Part shown: positions 1-7,208 of the stretch, in pieces
Position numbering within the stretch: position 1 is the first letter of the stretch
Layout of the letters: every line of letters begins with the position of its first letter
Assembly: GCA_030744755.1 (NCBI GenBank)
Contig: JASLPY010000088.1
Coordinates: 1 to 18,782 of the forward strand
Direction: 5' to 3'
DNA: 18,782 bases
Origin: Kiritimatiellia bacterium
GTDB taxonomy: Bacteria > Verrucomicrobiota > Kiritimatiellia > UBA8416 > JADHWI01
Made by a program: the position numbers and the translations under genes
Notes under the pieces: generated by a model
What the model was told of the DNA's origin: nothing
Database searches by the model: none
The model's input: the letters and a program-made list of their open reading frames with translations, nothing else

Positions 1-258
1 AGCTCGCTTGTCGTCCATAGCCTTGGCGTCGGAGGAAGCGCGGGGGCGCGGGTGGTTACGTTCTCCCATTCTCATCCGCAAATGCCTGCTGGATCTATTC
101 AACCTAAACCCGTTCTACACGCAACAGAGCAGAATCCTCTCCCCACAATCACCTTGAACCTCCGGGCCAAATCAGCGAAGATACTCATGGTGTTCCGGGG
201 CGAGTCACCTGGGGGCTCGCACCTGGAGATTTGAAATCCCTGGAAAGGAGGTGGTCAT

Positions 259-300
259 ATGTCTAATTTGACTTGTGGTGCTTCCGGAGTAACGTTTTAA
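259..300 (+). other. 13-codon mini-ORF (MSNLTCGASGVTF) preceded by a near-perfect Shine-Dalgarno; possible leader/small peptide
   Basis: AAAGGAGGTG sits 5 nt upstream of the ATG at 259 and the stop TAA is at 298-300. A hairpin plus T-rich tract follows (329-367). No downstream same-strand gene is visible. Confidence 0.2.
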
Positions 301-328
301 CACCTGTTAACGGAAGCTCCTGAGCTGT

Positions 329-367
329 TGGGGCCCAGCCAGTTTTGGTTGGGCCCCACTTTTGCTT
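329..367 (+). terminator. GC-rich hairpin (9-bp perfect stem TGGGGCCCA/TGGGCCCCA, 12-nt loop) followed by CTTTTGCTT
   Basis: The inverted repeat is read directly from the sequence and the T-rich tail lies on the + strand. Confidence 0.4.
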
Positions 368-400
368 ACTAAGCTGGAACTGTTAAGAGAAGAGGGAGAA

Positions 401-442
401 TTCAACCGCGGATTACGCTGATGACGCGGATAGGGTTCTTGC
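401..442. repeat. Copy 1 of a ~34-40 bp repeated motif (TTCAACCGCGGATTACGC...GCGGATA...TTGC)
   Basis: It matches 13610-13643 at 17 of 18 positions in the core and has conserved flanks. Copy 1 carries a 7-8 nt insertion. Both copies lie 40-110 bp downstream of minus-strand HTH genes. Confidence 0.45.
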
Positions 443-482
443 GTAGAACGATGCTCTGCGCCGTGTTCCGGCAACTGTGCAA

Positions 483-950
483 CTACCGCATGTCGAACAG
501 GCCCTGTTCGCAGGCGTACACGAACTGCTCCGTGTAACGCTTGAGCGTTTCCCATTCCTCCCTGATCTGCCGGGCTTCGTCCGGGTCGATCCGGTTCTCG
601 TTGGCGATGGACTCCGCCATCACGCGCAGAAGGTCCGAGAAATCATGGATTATGCGCTGGGTTTGTGCAACGAACTCGCCGTCAACGGCGTCCTCGTTAA
701 CATCGGGATTGTTTACGAAGAAGCCACCTTCCTGTTCGCAAAGCCACTCTGAAAGGTCTCCCCCGGTGCATTCTGAAAGAGCGCGGAGCCTGTCCAGAGG
801 ATTGCGTGTGCCGCTGGCCGTATCCTCATCCGTCTCCTTCGGGCGTTCGCACCATTTGTACACGAGTGACCGGGACACGTTCAGGGCCGAAGCAACCTGC
901 TTTACGCCGACCTTGTCCACAGCTTTTTTTATGACTTCATATGATTGCAT
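483..950 (-). CDS. Phage lambda CII-like HTH transcriptional regulator
   Basis: The ORF track extends to 986, but the ATG at 950 (MQSYEVIKKAVDKVG...) has GGGGGAG 5 nt upstream. The motif VASALNVSRSLVYKWC resembles the lambda CII DNA-binding helix (AEAVGVDKSQISRWK). An acidic C-terminal region follows. Confidence 0.55.
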   Translation of the reverse strand: MQSYEVIKKAVDKVGVKQVASALNVSRSLVYKWCERPKETDEDTASGTRNPLDRLRALSECTGGDLSEWLCEQEGGFFVNNPDVNEDAVDGEFVAQTQRIIHDFSDLLRVMAESIANENRIDPDEARQIREEWETLKRYTEQFVYACEQGLFDMR

Positions 951-1077
951 CGCTACTCCCCCTGCCTTCTGTCCCTTCCTGCACAAAGTTCTTCTGTCTG
1001 GTTAGGGCAATACAGTCGACCCTGCCAGAGCCATCTCCGATCAAGCAGAATAATGCCGCTTGCCGGCCTGGTCCGCT

Positions 1078-1104
1078 TTTACAATCTAGCTCGAAGTTTA
1101 TAAT
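1078..1104 (+). promoter_or_regulatory. Candidate sigma70-type promoter (TTTACA, ~15-16 nt, TATAAT) for the NfeD-flotillin operon
   Basis: A perfect TATAAT hexamer sits ~117 bp upstream of the 1221 start. The -35 element is imperfect and the spacer is short. Confidence 0.3.
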
Positions 1105-1220
1105 GGACTATTAAGCTTTGAGCTGCAAACCTGTCATTGGTTTGGGAAGAGACTGCCCGTTCCGAGTCATCATGAAGACGTGCGGTTGAAAGATCGGAGC
1201 CAAGCCTTAAGGAGGATATC

Positions 1221-1856
1221 ATGAACGAGTGGTGGGATACACTTAGTACTCTCAACAAGGCATTCTATTCAGGTGCCGGTTTCTTCAGCGTTCTCTTCAT
1301 TTGGCAGCTGCTCTCGGCTCTCATTGGCCTTGGGGGCGATGACGTTGATCTGGATGGCGATGTAGACGTGGATGTATCCGCGGATCTCGACCACGACGGT
1401 ACGTATGATGACTTCGAAGCCGGAGCCGAAGCAGATTCCGGCGAAACGATGACTTCATTCAAGCTCTTGAGCGTGCGAGCCATCATTACGTTCTTCACGC
1501 TGTTCACATGGGGTGGCGCCTTGTACATGAATGATGGCGTTCCCGCGCACAAGGCAACCGGCCTCGCACTCATATGGGGCCTGGCTGGAGGACTGATGAT
1601 TGCCGTACTTCTCAACGCGCTCAGAAAGCTTGCTGAGACGGGGAATCTCCAGCTCGCCACCAGCCTCGGAACGACGGGAACCGTCTATCTCAACATACCG
1701 GAAAACGGTACAGGCGAGGTCAAGGTTACTGTCAGCGGCGTAGTCTCACACGTAAAGGCACGTGCCAAAGAGGGCAAAGCCATCGTTGCCGGTACCCCTA
1801 TTCAAGTCGTGCGAAAGATCGGCAACAGCATACTTGAAGTCGAAGTCGTAGAGTAA
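1221..1856 (+). CDS. NfeD-like membrane protein (YqiJ family), partner of flotillin
   Basis: AAGGAGGA RBS precedes the start. There are two TM helices, an acidic DVDLDGDVDVDV linker and a C-terminal OB-fold-like region (GEVKVTVSGVVSHVKARAKEGKAIVAGTPIQVV) typical of NfeD. It lies directly upstream of the flotillin gene. Confidence 0.75.
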   Translation: MNEWWDTLSTLNKAFYSGAGFFSVLFIWQLLSALIGLGGDDVDLDGDVDVDVSADLDHDGTYDDFEAGAEADSGETMTSFKLLSVRAIITFFTLFTWGGALYMNDGVPAHKATGLALIWGLAGGLMIAVLLNALRKLAETGNLQLATSLGTTGTVYLNIPENGTGEVKVTVSGVVSHVKARAKEGKAIVAGTPIQVVRKIGNSILEVEVVE

Positions 1857-1907
1857 AACAGTTGTTCCCGGCAAGGCGCCCGGGGAAATCCAGAAAGGAG
1901 TTAGGTC

Positions 1908-3395
1908 ATGAACGCATTAATGAACTGTGTACCTGTTTCGGCAATTCTGGGGATGCCGCCCGCGATGTTCCTCATCTTGATTGTCGCGATCTCTTTCATA
2001 GTGGTCCTCATCAGCATGGCGCAGCGCTACAAGCGTTGTCCATCGAACAAGATTCTCGTTATCTACGGCAAAACAGGAAGCGGGGCTGCCAAGTGCATAC
2101 ACGGCGGCGCTGCATTCGTGTGGCCTCTCATCCAGGCATACGACTACCTGGACCTGGAACCGTTCGTTGTGCCGATCGACCTGACGAACGCCCTGTCTCT
2201 GGAGAACATCCGGGTGACAGTTCCGACAACCGTGACGGCGGCGGTCTCTAATCAGCCCGGTATTATGCAGAACGCGGCAGTGCGTCTGCTGGGACTGAAC
2301 TCCAAGGAGATCCAGGACCAGGCCCAGGATATCATTCTCGGCCAGATGCGTGCGGTAATCGCCACGATGAAGATCGAGGAGATCAACCAGGACAGGCAGG
2401 CATTCCTTGCCAAGGTGAACGAGGCGGTATCGGGCGAGCTCGAGAAGATTGGTCTCTCCCTGATCAACGTCAACATCCGCGACATCGAAGACGAGTCCGG
2501 ATATATCGTTGCTCTTGGTCGCAGGGCCGCAGCCGAAGCCATCAACCAGGCCAACATCGACGTCGCCGAGCAGGAGAAGACCGGTAAAACCGGCGTGGCC
2601 GAACGTAACCGTGACCAGAGAGTCGCGGTTGCGGCAGCCAACGCAACCGCCGAAGTTGGCGAAGCCACTGCGGATAGGGACAGGCGAATGAAATCGGCAA
2701 CTCTTGAGGCCGAGGCAGTCTCGGGTGAAACAGAAGCTGATGCCAAGAAGGCAGCTTACCGCGCAAATCAAAAGGTCGCGGAAGAAGATGCCCGTAACCG
2801 TTCCGAATCTGCGGCGCGCGAAGCCGACGGTGCAATTCGCGTGGCCCAGGAAGTGGCTGAGAAGAAGGCTGAAGAAGCGCGGGCCGAAAGAGAAGAGGCC
2901 AGGCTCAATGCCGAGATCGTGGTTCCGGCAAGTGCCGACAAGGAGAAGGTTCTCATCCAGGCTGACGCCAGGAAAGAGCAGGCTATCCGCATTGCCCAGG
3001 GCGAAGCCGAAGCAACGCTGGCCAGGATGTCCGCGGAAGGTAAAGGTATCAAGGCGATACTCGACGGTAAGGCGGAAGGCTACAGTGGTCTGGTTGAATC
3101 GTGTGCCTCGGCCGAGCAGGCCTCGGCACTGCTGCTCATCGAGAAACTGCAGGAGGTCGCCACGATCCAGGCACAGGCCATCCAGGATCTGCCTATCGAG
3201 AAGGTGTTCGTGTGGGACGGCGGTGGAGAAGGCAGCGGCCTGAGCAATCTTGGCCAGCGCCTTATGGGTACCCTACCTCCGATGCACGAACTTGCGAAAC
3301 AGGTCGGGCTGGATCTGCCGGACTACCTGGGTAAGGCTTCGAGCGAAGACAAGACTTCGCATTCCGCACCGGAACCGGAACTGCCCAAGGGCTAG
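1908..3395 (+). CDS. Flotillin-like SPFH/band-7 protein (YqiK/FloT family)
   Basis: GAAAGGAG RBS precedes the start. There is an N-terminal TM anchor, an SPFH core (KILVIYGKTGSG..., IQAYDYLDLEPF...) and a long Ala/Glu-rich coiled-coil flotillin repeat region. Confidence 0.9.
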   Translation: MNALMNCVPVSAILGMPPAMFLILIVAISFIVVLISMAQRYKRCPSNKILVIYGKTGSGAAKCIHGGAAFVWPLIQAYDYLDLEPFVVPIDLTNALSLENIRVTVPTTVTAAVSNQPGIMQNAAVRLLGLNSKEIQDQAQDIILGQMRAVIATMKIEEINQDRQAFLAKVNEAVSGELEKIGLSLINVNIRDIEDESGYIVALGRRAAAEAINQANIDVAEQEKTGKTGVAERNRDQRVAVAAANATAEVGEATADRDRRMKSATLEAEAVSGETEADAKKAAYRANQKVAEEDARNRSESAAREADGAIRVAQEVAEKKAEEARAEREEARLNAEIVVPASADKEKVLIQADARKEQAIRIAQGEAEATLARMSAEGKGIKAILDGKAEGYSGLVESCASAEQASALLLIEKLQEVATIQAQAIQDLPIEKVFVWDGGGEGSGLSNLGQRLMGTLPPMHELAKQVGLDLPDYLGKASSEDKTSHSAPEPELPKG

Positions 3396-3420
3396 TGTTA
3401 GCAGAAAAACGTTAATCAGC

Positions 3421-3458
3421 AAGGCCCCGCGGTATTATGCCGCGGGGCCTTTCCCTTC
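3421..3458 (+). terminator. Intrinsic terminator after the flotillin gene (12-bp GC stem AAGGCCCCGCGG/CCGCGGGGCCTT, 7-nt loop, then TTCCCTTCC)
   Basis: A perfect inverted repeat lies 26 nt after the stop at 3393-3395 and is followed by a pyrimidine-rich tract. Confidence 0.6.
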
Positions 3459-3469
3459 CGATCCCAGTA

Positions 3470-3492
3470 CGTCCACCGCTACGAGGTGGACG
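3470..3492. repeat. Palindromic hairpin CGTCCACC-GCTACGA-GGTGGACG; left arm of an inverted pair
   Basis: It is the exact reverse complement, loop included, of the hairpin at 3578-3600. Confidence 0.5.
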
Positions 3493-3577
3493 CATCCCGC
3501 CATTAACTCGTCAACCAGCAGAAAAAGGCATATCCTTTGGACTTCCTCTGCGAACTGGTCTGGCCAACATTGAACAT

Positions 3578-3600
3578 GGTCCACCTCGTAGCGGTGGACC
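3578..3600. repeat. Palindromic hairpin GGTCCACC-TCGTAGC-GGTGGACC; right arm of the inverted pair, abutting the stop codon of the minus-strand gene 3600..3914
   Basis: It is the reverse complement of 3470-3492, lies 85 bp away and overlaps the stop codon at 3600-3602. Confidence 0.5.
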
Positions 3601-3914
3601 TACTTACGTGAAGTGTCTGAGTGGCGGCTCCGCTTTCTCTTTATGCAGCTAATTATCTCGGCCATCGACCGGCCAGTGAGATAACACCCCAGAGCAAAAA
3701 GAGAAAAGATGAATGCCAGTAGGAGCACTACAGGACCCCAGCTGCCGAAGAAGTCAGCCATGTCCGAAAGCATTTCGCCAATCTCATCCACGCCTTCGCC
3801 AATGATCATGACTGTCGGCCAAACCAGCATCATCAGGACGAAAATGCCCGCTATTGCCCTGCAGATACTCCGCAGAATCCCTAGCTGCTTAAGTTCTCTC
3901 AGTTTCTTCCACAT
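3600..3914 (-). CDS. Small 2-TM membrane protein with a basic C-terminal tail; last gene of the PEP-CTERM operon
   Basis: It is 104 aa long. Two hydrophobic helices (IAGIFVLMMLVWPTVMIIG, VVLLLAFIFSLFALGCYL) are present. GGAG lies ~8 nt upstream of the ATG. The gene sits 76 nt downstream of the PEP-CTERM gene on the same strand. Confidence 0.45.
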   Translation of the reverse strand: MWKKLRELKQLGILRSICRAIAGIFVLMMLVWPTVMIIGEGVDEIGEMLSDMADFFGSWGPVVLLLAFIFSLFALGCYLTGRSMAEIISCIKRKRSRHSDTSRK

Positions 3915-3990
3915 GCGTAAACTCCATCTTCGGTACCCAGTCCATATGTGGGCGGCCTATCCCCATGGGCCGCTTCCCCGGTCTCGCGAC

Positions 3991-6438
3991 TCAGGCACAC
4001 CTCACATGCCTGCGTTTCAAGATCCCGCCCAGCGAAGCTACCACTCCCCCCGCAATCATCAACGCCAGTGTCCCAGGTTCGGGCACCGACATTCTTGGGG
4101 TGGAGCCTGCATCGACGGGGAGCAGGCCGGCCTCGTCGTATTGCTGTTGCGTTTCCAGTACCACGGCTCCGGTCACCGGCGTAACAAGCTGGTAGAGGCT
4201 TGCCAGGGCGACAGCATTCGTGACGTCTGCCGTACTGCCGGAACCCGCCATTCTCAAGACTTCTCCATTCGCCCACAGACGCGCCAGGTGGTCCGAAGCA
4301 TGCTCCGCCAAGTCCTCATCACCTTGAGGCTCGTGCCTTGAACGCACGTACTGCAGCGGGATCTTCTCGCCCGTCAACTGACCTAGAAATCCGCGCAGGT
4401 CGGCTTCGACATCGCCGAATACAGGAACCGGCCTCAGGAACCCCTTCTTCTCAAGTGCACGCGATATCACATTGGGACCGGCTTCGAATTGAAGATCGTA
4501 GATGGTGGGCGAATGCCGACCTAGTTTGTCTGTGGCCGAATCCAACGCTGCAAGCTCAACGGGTTGGGGAGCGTGCAACCAGATTATGGCGCAGTCTGGA
4601 ATCCCGCTCGCGAGCTCCACGGCACGGATGAGCGCCGGTACGCTGTCGCGACCTCCCTCGAAAGTGGAAGCAGCCAGATTATGCCTCAGTTCAAGCGCGG
4701 TCTTTTCTCCGGCATCCGTCAAAGGGTACAGCTCGACGACATCGTCACTTGCCAGCAAGACATACATCTCCCTGTCAGCAGGGACACTTGCTATCGCCTC
4801 GGCAATGAGCTCTCCGTGCCGGCCCATCCTTCTTGATCCGTCTATGACGAAGATGAATGATTTAACGGTGGCGACTTGTTTGCCGAGGATGCGTTGACGG
4901 ATTATGAGCCCTTCGTTACCGTGCATGTCTTCGGTCCATGCCAGGTCTCTGTCACGGTTTCTCCCGAACGAGATACTCAGGGGACTCGTGATGTGAGCCT
5001 GTTCCAGGTTACCCCGCACAGTGTGCGGGTCCAGTTCGGAAAGCGTAGGTGGCGTGCCGATTTGACAGACGATGCCCCGAATTGCGGTCGCGGAATGCAG
5101 GGAGAGCTCGGGTGCAGCCTGCGGCGCTATGTTGAAATTGCGCTCGACGAACTGGGGGATGCGCAGCATCCCCTCCGATTTTGATTCAAGCGACAATGGC
5201 GCTGTGATGCCAAGTCTAACCTGCATTTCTCCACCGCCAGGAGGGACTGGGAAGCACTGCACCATGACCAGGTCACTGCCTTTGCTGGTGACAAGGACCG
5301 GATCCCGCCGCCGGCGCACGACTTTCTGGTAGGCGGCCTTCACAGAGCCGGTTCCGCTGAAGGCCGCTTCGCGTTCCTCACCGTCGATCCAGAGCGTCAG
5401 GCGCGAGACTACTCCTCCGGGCGGCAACAGGACCTGTGAACGGGCTTCCCGTTGCAGCGCCGAGTCGTTTCTGAACCGCAGGGTCCATTCCGTGTAGCTG
5501 GTTCCACAGTCGGCATCAACGGAGCTTTCGGTACGCGATTCAACCAGTGAGAGCCCGCGTATTCGTGCTGCGACCGCGTCCCCGCCCTGGTCGAAATCAA
5601 CGTCGTTCTGGGTGACCGCAGACCCCAGCGTTCCCCCGCGGATACTCCTGATCGCCGGGGCCTTCACGGCATTGTAGGGTGTTCCGGTCACGCGGTAATA
5701 GACTTCGCGGGCATTTTGGGGACGGATTTCTTCCATCGCACCTGGCAATACCAAGTCCACAAAGTTCGAACAGGCTTCAAGAAGTACTGCAGGGGACAGG
5801 GGCCGGTTCACGCTGTAACAGAACCTGAGCAGGTGGTCTTCCTCAACATAGTCCCGAAGGAGTCGTATGCCCTGTGTCCGGGTATCCCTTTTGCAGGCCA
5901 TCTTGATTCCCGCGAACGCAAGAACTGTGGGCGCGGCAAGAAGGCACAGCGCCAGGCTTGCGGCGAGCAGGGGAATCCATATGCGAGGCAACAAAAGTCC
6001 CGTTTCCTTCTCGAACATCTGCCGCAACTTAACCCTTAAGCGCAGCCCCGTCACCAGGGTAATGAAAGGTGTAAGGGGCAATAGACCCAGCCCAAAGGCG
6101 GGAAGGGCCATGACGGCGAAGGGAGCTATGGGAAGAAACGCTATGGCGTAACATGCAGATACACCCACGGCGGCCCCGTTTATCAGTCCGACTCCCTTCG
6201 CGTGGCGATAGTCCGATGAGCGAATCGCAACATACGCGGCCAGGTTGGCGATTGGGACAACGGATAAGAGCAATGCGTGCCAGATCGAAGGCACGGGATC
6301 AAACGACAGGCAGGCGCAGAAGCCGCTTACGATTTCGAACAGAAGCGTGAACGTTGGCAGAATGACGCCGAAGACCAGAGCGAAAACACCTACGGCCGGC
6401 CGTGCTTTTTGGAGAATACTTGTGGATTCGGGATTCAT
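3991..6438 (-). CDS. PEP-CTERM-anchored protein with an N-terminal polytopic membrane domain, a VIT domain and a vWA domain
   Basis: The real start is ATG 6438 (MNPESTS...), which overlaps the upstream stop as TAATG. There are ~6-7 N-terminal TM segments. A VIT-like region (VLLPPGGVVSRLTLWIDGEERE...) and a vWA fold (VKSFIFVIDGSRRMGRHGELIAEAI..., MIDAS degenerate DGSRR instead of DxSxS) follow. The C-terminus VPEPGTLALMIAGGVVASLGGILKRRHVRCA is a classic PEP-CTERM (PEP motif, TM helix, Arg-rich tail). Confidence 0.85.
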   Translation of the reverse strand: MNPESTSILQKARPAVGVFALVFGVILPTFTLLFEIVSGFCACLSFDPVPSIWHALLLSVVPIANLAAYVAIRSSDYRHAKGVGLINGAAVGVSACYAIAFLPIAPFAVMALPAFGLGLLPLTPFITLVTGLRLRVKLRQMFEKETGLLLPRIWIPLLAASLALCLLAAPTVLAFAGIKMACKRDTRTQGIRLLRDYVEEDHLLRFCYSVNRPLSPAVLLEACSNFVDLVLPGAMEEIRPQNAREVYYRVTGTPYNAVKAPAIRSIRGGTLGSAVTQNDVDFDQGGDAVAARIRGLSLVESRTESSVDADCGTSYTEWTLRFRNDSALQREARSQVLLPPGGVVSRLTLWIDGEEREAAFSGTGSVKAAYQKVVRRRRDPVLVTSKGSDLVMVQCFPVPPGGGEMQVRLGITAPLSLESKSEGMLRIPQFVERNFNIAPQAAPELSLHSATAIRGIVCQIGTPPTLSELDPHTVRGNLEQAHITSPLSISFGRNRDRDLAWTEDMHGNEGLIIRQRILGKQVATVKSFIFVIDGSRRMGRHGELIAEAIASVPADREMYVLLASDDVVELYPLTDAGEKTALELRHNLAASTFEGGRDSVPALIRAVELASGIPDCAIIWLHAPQPVELAALDSATDKLGRHSPTIYDLQFEAGPNVISRALEKKGFLRPVPVFGDVEADLRGFLGQLTGEKIPLQYVRSRHEPQGDEDLAEHASDHLARLWANGEVLRMAGSGSTADVTNAVALASLYQLVTPVTGAVVLETQQQYDEAGLLPVDAGSTPRMSVPEPGTLALMIAGGVVASLGGILKRRHVRCA

Positions 6439-7208
6439 TATTGCTTGCTCCGGATTTCGTTTGCCCTGCCACGATTCTGCTGCTTGCGCATGGAGTCTCC
6501 TAAATGTGCCAGGAAAAACTTCTTCTCGGGGTCGCGCCACCCCGCGTCACTGATGGTCAGTAATGGCCGCATGGTTGTGGCCATTTGGAGCGAGACCACA
6601 ATGTAGATGATGAGCCACCACTCGGATCCCGAGAGACCCTTCTGTGGATCTACCGCGCCAAGAATCCGGAAGATCCTGGAACAGAAACTCACCGAGATCG
6701 CCCATGCGGTTACGTTCATGAGAACGACAAACCGGAGACTGCTGGTGGAAACGCTGAACAGCCAGGAAATGGGGGTCAACCCAATGAGCAGCAACCCGGT
6801 CATGGCAACGGTTGCGCTTCCAAGGGCCAGTGTCTGGGTTAGAGATACAGTTCTGCCTGCCACGCACGAGAACACGTACAGGCTGGGCATGCATAACAGG
6901 ATAGAACAGAGCGAGATGATCGGAGCCTTGCATGCCGTTACCAGCGCCACCTGGGACGATGTGAAGAGCGCCATGGCAAATCCGTATGCAGCATGAAAAA
7001 GCAAACCCCAGAACAGCAACTGCAGGGCCAGTCCCGGAAGCGAATCGTCTTCGTTAATACGGCGTACCAGGCTTGCAGGCGTTTTAAGCAGCCCTGTTAT
7101 GGCGTTGTTTATGGGGATATCATCCATGACTTGAGAGGCCTCCCTCCCGGGCAAACCCCTTGCAGGGGGTACCCGCGCGTCGTTTTCGGCGTTATTGTTA
7201 TGTGTCAT
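6438..7208 (-). CDS. Polytopic membrane protein (5-6 TM), unknown function; possibly Yip1-like
   Basis: The ORF track extends to 7601, but the ATG at 7208 (MTHNNNAEN...) has GGAGGAGGTGG immediately upstream. It overlaps the upstream gene's TGA as ATGA and its own TAA overlaps the next ATG. A ~60-aa soluble N-terminus is followed by five or six hydrophobic helices. Confidence 0.6.
   Translation of the reverse strand: MTHNNNAENDARVPPARGLPGREASQVMDDIPINNAITGLLKTPASLVRRINEDDSLPGLALQLLFWGLLFHAAYGFAMALFTSSQVALVTACKAPIISLCSILLCMPSLYVFSCVAGRTVSLTQTLALGSATVAMTGLLLIGLTPISWLFSVSTSSLRFVVLMNVTAWAISVSFCSRIFRILGAVDPQKGLSGSEWWLIIYIVVSLQMATTMRPLLTISDAGWRDPEKKFFLAHLGDSMRKQQNRGRANEIRSKQ

Noticed and set aside
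1-35. Possible gene start on the minus strand at ~33 (MDDKRA...) running off the left edge
   Set aside because: Only ~11 codons are visible with a weak RBS, so it cannot be supported from this window.
240-275. rRNA-like sequence (the minus strand reads GACCACCTCCTTTCC, resembling a 16S 3' end)
   Set aside because: This is just the complement of a Shine-Dalgarno sequence. No flanking 16S helix-45 or GTCGTAACAAGGTA sequence is present.
1917-2771. Long antisense ORFs inside the flotillin gene (284 aa and 164 aa on the minus strand) and similar antisense ORFs at 1265-1660, 541-1005, 7160-7879, 17550-18110 and 10609-11052
   Set aside because: High GC content suppresses stop codons. These ORFs lack RBS and start context, have Arg/Pro/Ser-rich low-complexity translations, and overlap genes that have clear domain signatures on the other strand.
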